Positions 40,075-53,559 of a DNA stretch of 64,000 bases are shown here, piece by piece (positions within the stretch are counted from its first letter, which is position 1; each line of letters begins with the position of its first letter). The translations under genes were made by a program, and so were the position numbers. This DNA is from Chiloscyllium plagiosum. Lineage: Eukaryota. Under the pieces are notes generated by a model. That model was not told the origin of the DNA, made no database searches, and saw only the letters and a program-made list of their open reading frames with translations. The stretch covers positions 49,625,239-49,689,238 of the forward strand of contig NC_057718.1 of NCBI RefSeq assembly GCF_004010195.1. The letters run 5' to 3'.

Positions 40075-43000
40075 TATAATAGGGCAGTGGCTGAAACCGA
40101 GATACTGCCTGTGTCGTCTCCCACCCGCTCTCCTCCTCTAACAAAGAAAGGACTCAGTGGTGTGTTGATAAGGTAAGGATTTTCTGTTCTTTTTAAAATG
40201 TTATCATGTGATTAGTAAAAACTTCTTCCTTTTTCGCAATTTTAGTGTCAACTTAAGATTAAAAATGGCAGGAGATCTCAGACCTGTGTTATACTCCTCT
40301 TGCTCAATGTGGGAGCTCAGGGACACGACTGATGTCCCTGGATCCTTCACATGTAAGAAGTGTGTCCAATTGTAGCTCATGTTAGACCGCATGATGGCTC
40401 TGGAGCTGCGGATGGACTCACTTTGGAACATACACAATGCTGAGGGGGTCGTGGATATCACTTTTAAAGAATTGGTGACACTGCAGATTAGAATTGCTGA
40501 GGAGAAAGAGAATGAGTGACCAAAAGGCAGAGGAAGAGCAGGAAGGCAGTGCAGGTGTCCCCTGTGGTCATAGAGTCATAGAGTCATAGAGATGTACAGC
40601 ATGGAAACAGACCCTTCATCTCCCTCTAAGACAGATATACCATTTTGGACACTGTTGGGGTAGATAACTCACCAGGAGAAGGCAGCAGTAGCCAAGTTCA
40701 TGACACTGTGGCTGGCTGTGCTGTACAGAGGGCGAGCGAAAGAGTGGAAGGGCCATAGTCATAGGGGATTCAATTGTAAGCGGAGTAGATAGACTTTTCT
40801 GTTGTCGAAAAGGAGATTCCCAAATGGTATGTTGCTACCCAGGTGCATGGGTCAGGGATGTCTCGGATCGTTTGCAGAAAATTCTCAAGAGGGAGGGTGA
40901 ACAGACAGTTGTCATGGTGCATGTAGGCACCAATGATATAGGTAAAAAATGGGATGAGGTCCTACATGAAGAAGTTAGGGAGTTAAAATATAGGACATCA
41001 CAGTGCCACATGTTAATCAGTGTAGGAATAATAGAATAATCAGGATGAATTGAGAGATGGTGCAGGAGGGAGGGGTTCAGATTTTTGGGACATTGGGAAC
41101 TGGTTCTGGGGGAGGTGGGACTATTACAAATTGGATGGGCTACATCTGGGCCAGACCAGAACCAATGTCCTTGGGGGTGCTTTTGCTAAACGCTGTTGGG
41201 GAAGTATTAAACTAATGTGGCAGGGGGATGGGAATCAAACAAGGAGGTTAGTGGACAGTAAGGAGGTAGTAACTAAAGCCTGTAAGGATCTAGATAATGA
41301 TGTCAGCGTGACTGAAGGGAAGAGTAGGCAGGGAGGAGACAATGAATGCAAAGGAACAGGTGGCTTGAGGTGCATTTGTTTAATGCGAGAATTATAGTAG
41401 GTAAGGCAGATGAACTTAAGGCTTAGCTTAGTAACTAGGAGTATGACGTTATTGCTATTACTGAGATGTGGTTGAGTGAAGGGCATGATTGGGAACTAAA
41501 TATCCCAGGATATTAATGCTTCAGGTGGGATAGAGAGGAGGGAAAAGAGTGAAGGAGTTCCATTACTGATCAGAGAGGATATCACAGTTGTGCTGAAGGA
41601 GGGCATTATGGAGGATTCGAGCAGTAAGGCAATATGGGCAGAGCTCAGAAATTAGAAGGGTGTGGTAACAATGTTGGGGCTGTACTACAGACCTCCCAAC
41701 AGTGAGCATGAGATAGAGGTACAAATATGTAGCCAGATTATGGAAAGATGCAGGAGCAACAGGGTGATGGTGATGGAAGATTTTAATTTTCTCAATATTG
41801 ACTGGGATTCACTTAGTGTTAGAGGTCTGGATAGAGCAGAATTTGTAAGAAGCATCCAGGAGGGTTTTATAGAGCAGTATGGAAATAGTCCAACTTGGGA
41901 AGGGGCCATACTGGACCTGGTGTTGGGGAATGAGTCCAAACAGGTGTTTGAAGTTTCAGTAGGGGATTACTTTGGGAATAGTGATCACAATTCTGTAAGT
42001 ATAAGAATACTCATGCACAAAGATGCGAGTGGTCTGAAAGGAAGAGTGCTAAATTTGGGGAAGACCAACTATACCAAAATTCAGCAGGAGCTGGGGAATG
42101 TAGATCAGGAGCAGCTGTTTGAAGGGAAATCAACATTTGATATGTGGGAGGCTTTTAAAGAGATGTTGATTAAAGTTCAGGAGAGATATGTTTCTGTGAA
42201 AATGAGGGATAGAAATGACAAGATTAGGCAACCATGGATAACAGAGGAAATTGTGAGACTGGCTAAGAGGAAAAAGGAAGCATGCATAAGGTCTCAGTAA
42301 CTGAAGACAGACAAAGTTTTGGAGGAGTATCGGGAATGTAGAACCAATTTGAAATGTGGAATTAAGAGGGTAAAAGGGGTCATGATATATCCTTAGTGAG
42401 CAGGATTGAAGAAAACACCAAAGCCTTTTATTCATGATTAAGGAGTAAGAAGGTAACAAGGGAAAGGTCTGGCCCACTCAAGGACAAAGGAGGAAAGATA
42501 TGCGTGGAGTCAGAGAAAATGGGTGAACTTCTTAACGAGTGCTTTGCATCGGTATTCACTGAGGAGGGGGACATGGTGGATGTTGAGGTTAGGGATAGAT
42601 GTTTGATTACTCTAGATCAAGTCGGCATAAGGAGGGAGGAAGCATTGTGTATTCTAAAAGGCATTAAGGTGTACAAGTCCCAGGTCCGGATGTCCCAGGT
42701 TACTGAAGGAAGCAAAAGAGGAAATTGCTGGGGCTTTAACAGATACCTTTGTAGCATCCTTGAACACAGTGGGGGGTCCCAGTGGACTGGAGAATTGCTA
42801 ATGTTGTCCCCTTATTTAAGAAGGGTAGCAAGGATAATCCAGGTAATTACAGACCTGTGAACCTGACATGAGTGGTACGGAAGCTACTGGAGAAGATGCT
42901 AAGGGCTAGGATATATACCCATTTGGAAAAAAACGGGCTTATCAGTGATAGGCAGCTTGATTTTGTGCAGGGAAGGTCATGTCTAAAAGCCTAATAGAAT

Positions 43001-44230
43001 TCTTTGAAAAGGTGACAAAGTTATTGATGAGTGAAGGGCTGTAGATTTTATATATGGACTTCAGTAAGGCATTTGATAAGGTTCCCCATGGTAGGCTGAT
43101 GAAGAAGGTGAAGTCGTATGGGATCCAGGGTGTTCTAGTTGGATGCATAGAGAACTGGTTGGGGAAAAGCAGACAGAGTGTAATAGTTGGAAGGGAGTTC
43201 TCAAAATGGAGACCTGTGACCAGTGGTGTCCCACAGGGATTCGTGCTAAGACCACTTTTGTTTGTGATGTGCATAAATGATTTGGAGGAAGGTGTAGGTT
43301 GCCTCGTTAGCAAGTTTGAAGATGACATTAAGGTTGGTGAAGTAGCAGATAGTGAAGGGGACTGTCAGAGAATACAGCAGAATATAAATAGATTGGAGAG
43401 TTGGGCAGAAAAATGGCAGATAGAGTTCAATCCAGACAAATGCGAAGTAATGCATTTTGGAAGATGCAATTCAAGAGCAAATCATATAGTAATTGGAAAA
43501 GTCCTGGGAAAAAGTGATGTATAGAGAGATCTGGGTGTTCAAGTCCATGTTCCCTGAAGGTGGCAACGCAGGTCAGTAGAGTGGTCAAGAAAGCATATGG
43601 CATGCTTTCTTTCATCGGACAGGGTATTAATTACAAGAATTGGCAGGTCATGTTATAGTTGTATAAGACTTTGGTTCAGCCACATTTGGAATAGTGTGTA
43701 CAGTTCTGATCACCACATTACCAAAAGGATGTGGATGCTTTGGAGAGGGTGCAGAGGAGGGTCACCAGGATGTTGCCTGGTATGGACGGTGCTAGCTATG
43801 AGGAGAGGTTGAGTAGATTAGTATTATTTTCTTTGGAAAGAAGGAGGTTGAGGGGGGACCTGATTGGGGGCCTACAAAATCATAAGAGGTGTAGATAGGG
43901 TGGAGAGCAGGAAACTTTTCCCAGAGTGTAGGACTCATTTACTAGGGGTCACAAGATCAAAGTGAGAGGGGAAAAGTTCAGGGGAGATATACGTGGAAAG
44001 TTCTTCACGCAGAGGGTGGTGAGTGCCTGGAATGCATTGCCAATGGAGGTGGTAGGAGCTAGAACAATAGCGTCATTTAAGATGTATCTAGACAGATACA
44101 TGAATGGGCAGGGAGCAAAGTGATATAGATCCTTAGAAAATAGGTGGCAGGTTTGGATAGAGGATCTGGATCAGCGCAGGCTTGGAGGGCTGAAGGGCCT
44201 GTTCCTGTCCTGTAATGTTCTTTGTTCTTT
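40075..44230 (+). mobile_element. Full-length but inactivated CR1 LINE
   Basis: ORF1 from ATG 40265 (SSCSMWE..FTCKKCVQL zinc finger; GDS/HVGTND/DGLHL SGNH esterase). ORF2 has APE (LYYRPPN, DFNF..IDW, LDLVL, SDH) and RT (DFSKAFDKVPH, SGVPQG, KFEDD). Tail tgttctttgttcttt. Multiple stops and frameshifts. Confidence 0.95.
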
Positions 44231-45717
44231 CTTCTAACAAATGCAGCAACTACTTGGAAATGCTACTACTTGATTATTTTCCTAAAGACCACCTCATCCT
44301 CATTTGGAAGCATACCCCCATTCTTTCAATCTCATTGGGTCATAGTCCTGGAATTTCCTCCCTCACAGCATTGCAGATATACCAAATGAGTTGCACCATT
44401 TCAAGAAGGCAGCTCACCACCATCTTCTCACAGCCAACTAGTTATGGGTAATAAATGCTGGCCCAGCCTACAATGCCACCAAACCATCAACAACTTTTTT
44501 TTTAAAGTCTTAAAGGATTTTCTTGTGGATTTATTGATGATTGAAACTATATAAAAAAAAGTTTAATCAATGTGCTTCAGTCTTCCTCAGTAAGGAATGA
44601 GATAACAAGAGAAAACATGATATTAAATCATACATCATGGTCTTGAGCTGAAGAGAGAAAAAGTAATTATAATTTAAATCATCCCATCTTTCTTTTGTCT
44701 GAGACACTTTTGTTTAGAGTTCAATATTTGTTGCAATGTTTTAATTGGTCCTTTTTGAGTCTAACTTTTTGCATGACACATCCATTGGAATCACATTGTG
44801 TAGAAACTCGGAAAACTATAGAGTGTTTAAAAAAAAACTTCACTTCAAACTTCACTACTCCCTTCTCAAGGATTGAGCAGTAAATGCTGGCCCAAGCAGT
44901 GATACGCAATTGCATTAATGAACAAAATAAATCAAGTATATCAATGCTGCTGTATGTGTTTCATTAATGAAACCTTTTCATTTGAATCTGGAACATTTTC
45001 AGTTTATGCCCATTGAATAATTTTGGAATGTCAAATGATATCAAATCATCAAACTACACATGTTGCCATACTTAGTAAATTCCAACACCTGATCCACCCT
45101 TCCCATTTCCCTCTCATGTTATTCTCATCCCAATCATTCCATCTCTCCCATGTCATTCCTTTTGTCAAGCCAGCCCTTTCATCAATGCCATCCATGTCTC
45201 ACCAGAACAGTCTGTACCAGGGAAACTTCCATGGTTTTAATCTCCATCAACGACCCCTCAACTTGCCACCATCACGAACTGTGCATGTGTATTGTCTGCA
45301 TCATCCACTGCAAAGCTTCAAGCACCTGATATCCCTTTGTGTACAACAGGTACTATCCACCAAAGAGACTCATCAACAGAGTGGCCTTAAACAATCCTAT
45401 AAAAACTAGACATTATTATTATTAGTACTATTTGTTTTTAGAATATTATCCGCATTGGCAGAGCCACATTTATCATCCATCCCTAATTTTCTTGAGAGCA
45501 TTAAAAATATAATGCAGTATGGAACTAGAGTTACATGTAAACAAAACAAGATTGTGCGGAAGAAATAGAGGATGATAGGTGAGGCAGGGTGACTTTCCTG
45601 AAACAGTATTTCTGAATAATTACTATTGCTTGATGTTTCATAAACCTAAACAATTGTCATTGTTGCTGTTTTTAAGACTGCCTATTTAAATTATTACCTT
45701 TTAATATGAAACCTAAT

Positions 45718-46683
45718 CATAGAGTCATAGTCATAGAGATGTACAGCCATGGAAACAGATCCTTCGGTCCAACCCATCCATGCCGACTAGATATCCCAAC
45801 CAAATCAAGTCCCACCTGCCAGCACCTGGCCCATATNNNNNNNNNNNNNNNNNNNNNNNNNNNNNNNNNNNNNNNNNNNNNNNNNNNNNNNNNNNNNNNN
45901 NNNNNNNNNNNNNNNNNNNNNNNNNNNNNNNNNNNNNNNNNNNNNNNNNNNNNNNNNNNNNNNNNNNNNNNNNNNNNNNNNNNNNNNNNNNNNNNNNNNN
46001 NNNNNNNNNNNNNNNNNNNNNNNNNNNNNNNNNNNNNNNNNNNNNNNNNNNNNNNNNNNNNNNNNNNNNNNNNNNNNNNNNNNNNNNNNNNNNNNNNNNN
46101 NNNNNNNNNNNNNNNNNNNNNNNNNNNNNNNNNNNNNNNNNNNNNNNNNNNNNNNNNNNNNNNNNNNNNNNNNNNNNNNNNNNNNNNNNNNNNNNNNNNN
46201 NNNNNNNNNNNNNNNNNNNNNNNNNNNNNNNNNNNNNNNNNNNNNNNNNNNNNNNNNNNNNNNNNNNNNNNNNNNNNNNNNNNNNNNNNNNNNNNNNNNN
46301 NNNNNNNNNNNNNNNNNNNNNNNNNNNNNNNNNNNNCGTCTCTCACAATATATAACAACCCTTTGGATTCTCCTTAATTCTATTTGCCAAAGCTATCTCG
46401 TGTCCCCTTTTTTCCCTCCTGATTTCCCTCTCAAGTATACTCCTACTTCCTTTATACTCTTCTAAAGATTCACTCGATATATCCTGCGTATAGCTGACAT
46501 ATGCTTCCTTCTTTTTCTTAACCAAACCCTCAATTTCTTTAGTCATCCAGCATTCCCTATACCTACCAGCCTTTCCTTTCACCCTGACAGGAATATACTT
46601 CCTCTGGATTCTTGTTATCTCATTTCTGAAGGCTTCCCATTTTCCAGCCATCACTTAACCTGCGAACACCTGCCTCCAATCAG
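45718..46683 (-). mobile_element. CR1 LINE spanning the assembly gap
   Basis: 3' tail catagagtcatag left of the gap; ORF 46343-46654 (WEAFRNEI..WMTKEI..KRGHE..IKENPK) right of the gap. Confidence 0.85.
45837..46336. other. Assembly gap (500 N)
   Basis: Run of N. Confidence 1.
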
Positions 46684-47791
46684 CATATGCAAGGAATATT
46701 AATCTACAGACTATTGTGACCAGGTAAGAATTATCTACCTTCTTTTTTTTAACTCCCTCATTGGTTGCAACAAAGATTTCTGTTTGTTCTAGCACAAGGC
46801 TGTATCGATCTTGAATAAAAATGCAATTCCATAAAGTCTAAAGTATCAGTAATAGAGGTTTCCTGAGAAAATGAGCAATTTTATTATCAGATAACTCCAA
46901 GAAAAGTATTAAAATCATACCATTAAGAATACAGACACATAGGTATTAAATTAATAAAGGGTTAGCATTCAATACCAAAGGAAAATGAAAGGAATCCACA
47001 GTTTAAAGCCATTAGTGGCAGTTAACCTGAGACCATGGTTGTTGAATTAATGCCTTGAACAATTAACAGTCGTAATTTGTTCAGTTATCATTTGAGTTCA
47101 TGCTGTTGTGATGTTTCTTTTCAGTTCTTTCTATTACCAGGTGTTTTTCCATCTTGATAGGCCAAGGCAGAGTACCTTTGTAGTGCTGAATTAAGACAAA
47201 CCAATTTAGGAATGTTAGTCAGATTCTCAGTATGGCACACTTTGTATACTGAAAGCTACATAGGGCATTGTGTTTTCCAGACAGCAAGGACATGTGCATG
47301 CACAATGCCTGCTTCAACACAACAAAAAAAAGTTGCCATCGTCCCAGAGAACCACTGTGCTGCTCTCTCATTAGAAAAAAAATACTTTTGAAATAATCAA
47401 AATGGAGTATGTTTGAACTCAGCATTGTTAAGTTCAGTTTTCCAGCCCTTGTGAATAATGTCTTCCTAATTCTGTGAAAAACAGTCCAGTAACTCTTCTC
47501 TGACTAAACATTAACTGACACCATGAATATTCTGGACAAATGCTGTTAAAACCTGCAATAGCACTACACTTCCTTCATTCTCATTTGGGATAAACCAGTG
47601 GAGGTGTAACTTGTTATTTCTCAGGCTTGCTGCAGTGCTCCAGCAAAGCTCAATCTAAGCTGGAAGAATAACACCTCATTTTCCTCCTGGGGACCCTGCA
47701 GCCTTCTGGACTCAATATTGAATTCAATAAATTGAGGGCTTAAACTCTACTATGTGTTAGCCTCCATCCCCCCACACCAGGCCTTGTGATC

Positions 47792-47891
47792 AGATACAAA
47801 AATAGAAGTTGGGGAAAACTCAGCAGGTCTAGTAACATCTGTGAAGAGAAGTCAGAGTTAATGTTTCAGGTCCAGTGACCCTTCCTCAGAA
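47792..47891 (-). mobile_element. Inverted hammerhead-bearing Penelope cassette with 9-bp TSD
   Basis: cttgtgatc at 47783-47791 and 47892-47900; minus strand reads AGTT-CTGAGGA-A-GGGTC-ACTG-GACCT-GAAACATT-AACT. Confidence 0.85.
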
Positions 47892-48118
47892 CTTGTGATC
47901 TCATAGTCTGCTATTGCACACAACCCATTGTTAACCACTAACAGTCCCCATTAACAGCTATCTACCCTCCTGGCCAGATCATTATCCACTCCTTTATCTG
48001 TCCCACTGTCCTTCTCTTTCTTTGGGCTCTGTCCCTAGTCACCTATCATTAACTCCTGATCCTCACACTCTATCCTATCTTCTGCATAAAAACTGACATT
48101 TTCCTCGCTACCATCCTT

Positions 48119-48148
48119 CTGAGGAAGGGTCACCGGATCTGAAACGTT
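48119..48148 (+). ncRNA. Minimal type I hammerhead ribozyme motif (Penelope-type)
   Basis: CTGAGGA-A-GGGTC-ACCG-GATCT-GAAACGTT; stem II closes with G-U pairs; palindromic ACGT replaces stem III. Confidence 0.75.
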
Positions 48149-48239
48149 AACTATGATTTTTCTTCATAGATGCTACCAGACCTGCTGACCTTTTCCAGGA
48201 ATTTCTATGTTTGTTTTTAACTTGCTATACTTGGATAAT

Positions 48240-48780
48240 GTGTGAGGTTCTGTAACCCACATGGCTGGAGTGATGTGATTGAACTAGGATAGGTGCAGAG
48301 GTAATTTACCAGGATGTTTTCTGTTTGGAGAGGAAAAGATGTCATGAAAAGAGCTTGGCATTATTTTCTTTTGTGTATAGGAACTTGAGGGTAGAACAGG
48401 ATTGAGTGTACTAACTTATGTGGCACCTAGAGAGGATAGACAGGAAGGAACATTTTCCTTTGGCAGAGGTATCAATGACCAGGGAACACAAATTGAAGGT
48501 AACGACAGGATGTTTAGAAGGGAGGGAAGGAAACACGTTTTCATTCGGAAGATGGTCAAAATCTTGAAGTCAGTGCCTGTAAGAGTGGTAGAGACAGAAG
48601 CCCTCATAACATTTAAGAAATATTTAGGCTTATACTTATAATGGCAAAGCATTCAAATCTATCAGCCAGGAGCTGGAAAATGGGATGAGAATAATGGGGT
48701 GGTTGTTTTTGACCAATACAGACTGGATGGTCCAAAGGGCCTTTTTTCTGAGTTGTAGACCTGTTTGACTCCATAACTCT
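48240..48780 (+). mobile_element. Old CR1 3' fragment
   Basis: RREGRKHVFIRKMVKILKSVP..VVE....ITFKKYL. Confidence 0.75.
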
Positions 48781-50726
48781 AATGTCTGCTCTGGAAGGAA
48801 GGTCAGTAACTTGGGTGAATGCAAATATGATAATATTACATGAAGTACTCAGTGTTATACTCAATATAAATGCTGAAATTTTGCATTGCACACGTGTGGT
48901 AGCAGTGATATAACCAATCACTATTGCAGTTAAATTAAATTTTCTACAACCCTGTAAGTATAATGGAAATATATGAACATTACTCGGTGCTGTTCCATAA
49001 TGAGCTGTGACAGCCAGGACAACAGGATCTTCAAGTCAGTGCTACTTATGACAGAGTGAACAAGTCCAGCCATATCTAGATCCTCCATGGCTACACAAAC
49101 AGACACTGTACAGCACTGTCCAATGCATTGTAAAATTGAACATTGGCTAGCACCCACTGTGAGAAATCCTGGTATGAATTGACCTCTCTTTCCTTCTTTT
49201 AATAAGTGATAGCTAGCGGCCTTCTTTATAGCATTGTATAATAGACGTAATTCATCTGTTTTCCTGAATCAAGAGAAATTGACCTAAAGGGAGTGTTGAC
49301 TTCATACCTTTTCCTGGACTGACAGATGGCTCATATATATCACACCCTGAGCAGTCCAATTCAGCAAAATGAATTTGCTCCCTGTTGGAGACTGTGACTT
49401 CACTTTCTTTGTTGCTATATGATTTAACTTACGCCAAAACTCCATCTGCCATGGTCAAGCCTTGCTAATTCACCATAACTGGCCCAGTATCAGCAGGTCA
49501 GCAACTCATAAGTGTCATGCAGAGATTATTGTCTGGACATTCTTGATAGCCTGCTGGTAAGAAGAATTTGTTTTGCACTGAAAGCTATGCATTTCAAGGC
49601 TTCTGGCAGCAAGTGACAATGGTGACAAAATCTGCTGTGTTATGTGATATAACTTATGGACAGTTTATTCAGCTGTTGATCTAAAAAATGCTGTTCATCT
49701 ACCTTGTGACTGAGTACAATGATAAAAGGTGACAACGGTTGTGAAATAGATCATTTTTCTCTTAGTTGCCATATCAGTGACTTGTCACCTCAAATATAAT
49801 GATTTATAGAATTACAGAGAATACAGGATATTTTCCCTGTCCATTCCACGCCAGCAATTAGATTCCATTCACCTTTTCGCATCCTTCCTCATTTGACCCT
49901 GCCACAATAACCCTTTATTCTGCCTCATTCTTATCTAGCTTTCCCTTAAATGCATCTAAACAATATGCCTCAATCCCCTTTTTGTTAGAAAGTACAAATT
50001 CTCTCATCATTCACAGAAAAAAATCTGAATTCTGTTTGATTTCTTCTGTCTACCTCTCTGATAATCTCTACCTTTGCTCTTCCCCACAACTGGAAGCAGT
50101 CTTTCTGTGAGTAATCTTATCAAAACCTTTTATAATTTTAAATAACCTTAAATGATTTTTTTCACTCAAGATGCTTTCAGGTTCAGTCAGAGAAAATTGA
50201 AGTATCTCGCAGTCAGCCACCACAAATGTGCAAGACAAGTGACTGATGGCTTGTTTACTGAAGCTGTCAATTATGTTGACATTGGCTGTGGTGATATTAG
50301 TCTGAATGAGTGAGCAGTTGTATTGATGCCTTTGGTTTCGTACACGTATGTGTCATTACCAGAATGTGAAAACTAAAGTATCCACCGTTCACTCAGATAC
50401 ATTTGCCAATTGCAATTTCATCAATGTTTATCTAATGTGCACCAAATAAAAAAAATGTTCTCCCAAATTCGTGAGATGATACTTTCATTTTAAACCATTC
50501 CTCACTCACTGATTGCTTTATACCTTAAAGACTTATCATCTTGCTGCTTGGAGACAAGGGAACTGCACTGAAAATGTAGCTGCTGCCACCATTCAGAAAC
50601 TCATAGAAATGTGTAATAGAAGCAATAAATGAATTACATATAATCGTCAGAGACATCATTGAATAATCCAACGATATGCGTTTGAGGAGCCTGGAATGGA
50701 AATGAAGGTATTCTTTAGTACACATC

Positions 50727-50851
50727 CTAATGAAGGTTTTTGTCTGAAACATCGATTTTCCTGCTCCTTGGATGCTGTCTGATCTGCTGCGCTTTCCCAG
50801 CACCACTCTAATCTTGACTCTAATCTCCATCATCTGCAGTACCCACTTCAG
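50727..50851 (+). mobile_element. Penelope pLTR-derived short insert with 13-bp TSD
   Basis: tttagtacacatc at 50714-50726 and 50852-50864; the insert starts ctaatgaagg (decayed CTGATGA core). Confidence 0.85.
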
Positions 50852-52019
50852 TTTAGTACACATCAGCCAGGGCTTCCTGAACTATATTACATTGTTGTGA
50901 GGTTTCAAGCTGCAATAAGAAGACACAGGAGACAATACTGCTTTGGCTAAGCCTTCAAGTCACTAATATAAAAGCAGTCCTGCAATCAACCAACCTATCC
51001 TTTCACAGATCCGTTATTGTTCAGTGTCAATTCATGATTTCCTACTCATCATCACATGAGTGGAAAAGCCACATCCCTGTCAGCTACAAAAAATAATATT
51101 CACAAAGGACAGGAATATAAACATTCTAATGATGTGTATGACCCCCTTGTGGTTAACCTTGTATTTGTGCTTCCTGATGCTTCTACATAGAATAACTTTT
51201 GTAGCTTCAGATGAAATAGAGGCAATCTTATCAGTTCCCTTCTCTGATTACTACATTTCTCTTGGCTGTCTCTGTCTGAATTTTGACAGAGTGTAGAGTG
51301 ATGGAGGTGGGAAATAGATACAATTTTGTCCTACTGTGCAATTTGAATTCTTTCAAACTTCTGTGTAATTAGATAGCTTTGTTTGGTTTATGAAGCTTGT
51401 ATTTTTGTTTTATTATTAAATTTGCGACATTGTGTGCAAATTTGTAAGACTATGCACTTGTGTTTCATTGAAAGAATGCCATGTTGAATAAAAACAAAAT
51501 CTCTCAAGTCAGATTTGTTTTTTAGTATTGTTATATACCTCGTAACAACATGAGTTGGAATTGTAATGGCCATCTTCCAGTCTTTTTTAGGTGTTCCACA
51601 TCAGTTTGTACTAAGGGAGAGAGTGCCTTTTTCTTTCTTTTTGATTATTCATTCATGGGCTATGGACATTGCTGGCTGGGACAGGATTTATTGCCAATCC
51701 CTAATTGCCTTTGAGACATTGGCGGTGAGCTGCCTTCTTGGACCACTGCCATCCATTTGGTGCAGGTAGACTCATACTGTTGGGAAGAGAATTCTAAGAT
51801 GTTAATACACCAATCTGAAGGAACAAAATCCTCCAGCTCCCTCTCTTTTAGGAGTACTGCTTCCCTTGCAGTCTCATGTGCAGTTTCTACCTTAAATGCC
51901 ATCCAACTGTCAAAATTATTTTGCTTTACCATCTCAAATCTTAAATATATCTGCCCAAGTTGCACCCAGATGTTCAAACATTTCTTGTTTACGTCTCAGG
52001 GACCAACTTATATGGATTG

Positions 52020-52123
52020 GAGACAAAAACAGAAATTGCTGGAAAAGCTCAGCAGTTCCGGCAGCATCTGTGGAGGGCAATCAGAGTTAACGCTTCGGGT
52101 CGAATGACCCTTCCTCAGAACTG
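52020..52123 (-). mobile_element. Penelope pLTR-derived short insert with near-intact hammerhead
   Basis: Minus strand reads CAGTT-CTGAGGA-A-GGGTC-ATTC-GACCC-GAAGCGTT-AACT. Confidence 0.8.
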
Positions 52124-53364
52124 GGTCTTCTTTTTGCCACAACATAAACTAAAGAAGCATCCTTGGAAAGCAAGGCATAAACCTATGAGTTATATTTGTC
52201 AATCTGCTTTTCATGAATAATATCACTTTCTTTTGGCCACCTCATCTTCTCAGCTACCTTTTTAACAAAAAAATTTAAAAACCCTTCTGCATCCCTTCCA
52301 CCTTTTTTTTCAGGGATGGGGCTTGCCCAGATTTAAACATCTTCCTACTGGGACTTGGATTGAACTCAGATCTTGTCTTGTTAGAATTTTCTCTGGAAGC
52401 CAAGGCCTCTCTCCTTAGGTTCTGTCTTTGAATGGTTTCAAATGCACTGTTTCTTCCAATTTTAACTCTCTAAAGTTCTTTCATTTTCTAATCTGCAGAA
52501 TGCTTTGTTTTCAAATCTAAATTTTGTCTTTCCACTTCCTTCTCTATTTCAAGCTGCTCATCTGCAACTGAATTTCACATATTCAATTGGCTCACTATTT
52601 TGTTGCTTTGTAATTCTTCCAAATTTAAATTTTGCACTATTACTGCCTTGTATTCCTTGCCTTTGATTCCAACTCTAACTCTTCAACAAAGTATTGAACC
52701 TAACCTTCTATAATTGTCAGTGATAAATCTTCAATCTTCAATAAAGTCTTAGCACTGGCAAAACTGTTTAGATTCAATAATACAGGAGAAAATTGGTCTT
52801 TTTATTATTTTCCAATTATTATTATCCCATAAGCATCGAGTATCCTTCTGTGAGCCTGGACTTATATACTATAATCGTGATAAGAGGGGTGCATTGTCTT
52901 TCTCTACTCCTACTGTTCTGCAGTTCACAATATTTAAAGTTTTTAAATCTAAGTTCAAACATATTCAATCATATGCTTTTGTACATTAGATTCAAAACTA
53001 AATACTTAAGAACAAGGCATCTTCAGTAAACATAAAATTATCAATTTATTAAAATACAAAACTTATCCAATGAAGATGTTGAATTGTTTAACACATACAA
53101 CATGTAATTTGAAAATATAAATGTCAGGCCCTCAAAATAAGCCAAGACACACACGCACACACACACACACATACACGTATTAAATGTGAAGTTAATTTTC
53201 CAAACAGTACACATGTTTGAATATATTTGAGAGGACAGTTCTTTAGAATTTAATACAAATTACACCATGAATCACAAACTGAACAAGTAAATACACAATT
53301 GTATTCAATCGGAATGACAGCTGGTAATCTGATAGCTCATCAAAGTATAATAGAAGATGGTAAG

Positions 53365-53540
53365 CAAAATAAAGCCAAAGAACTGTGGATCTTGAGATCA
53401 GAAACAAACAGAGAAAGTGCTGGAAAAACTCAGCAGGTCTGTCTGCATCTGTGGACAGAAAGCAGGTTTAACATTTTGGGTCCAATGACCCTTCTTTCAA
53501 ACTTGCTGAGTTCTTCCAGCAATTTTGGGGTTTGTTTGTT
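53365..53540 (-). mobile_element. Penelope pLTR-derived insert with a short inverted second piece
   Basis: Minus-strand tail plus degenerate hammerhead to ~53503, then plus-strand ttgctgagttcttccagcaattttg. Confidence 0.7.
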
Positions 53541-53559
53541 AACAAAAGAAGGCAGACAC

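Larger units (their letters stand above)
47600..48220 (+). mobile_element. Penelope-like element 3' end (GIY-YIG C-terminus plus pLTR)
   Basis: LLQCSSKAQSKLEE*HLIFLLGTLQPSGLNIEFN at ~47627-47730; pLTR with hammerhead at 48119. Confidence 0.85.

Noticed and set aside
45706..46377. Long ORFs (191-223 aa) in the ORF track
   Set aside because: Artefacts of translating the N gap.
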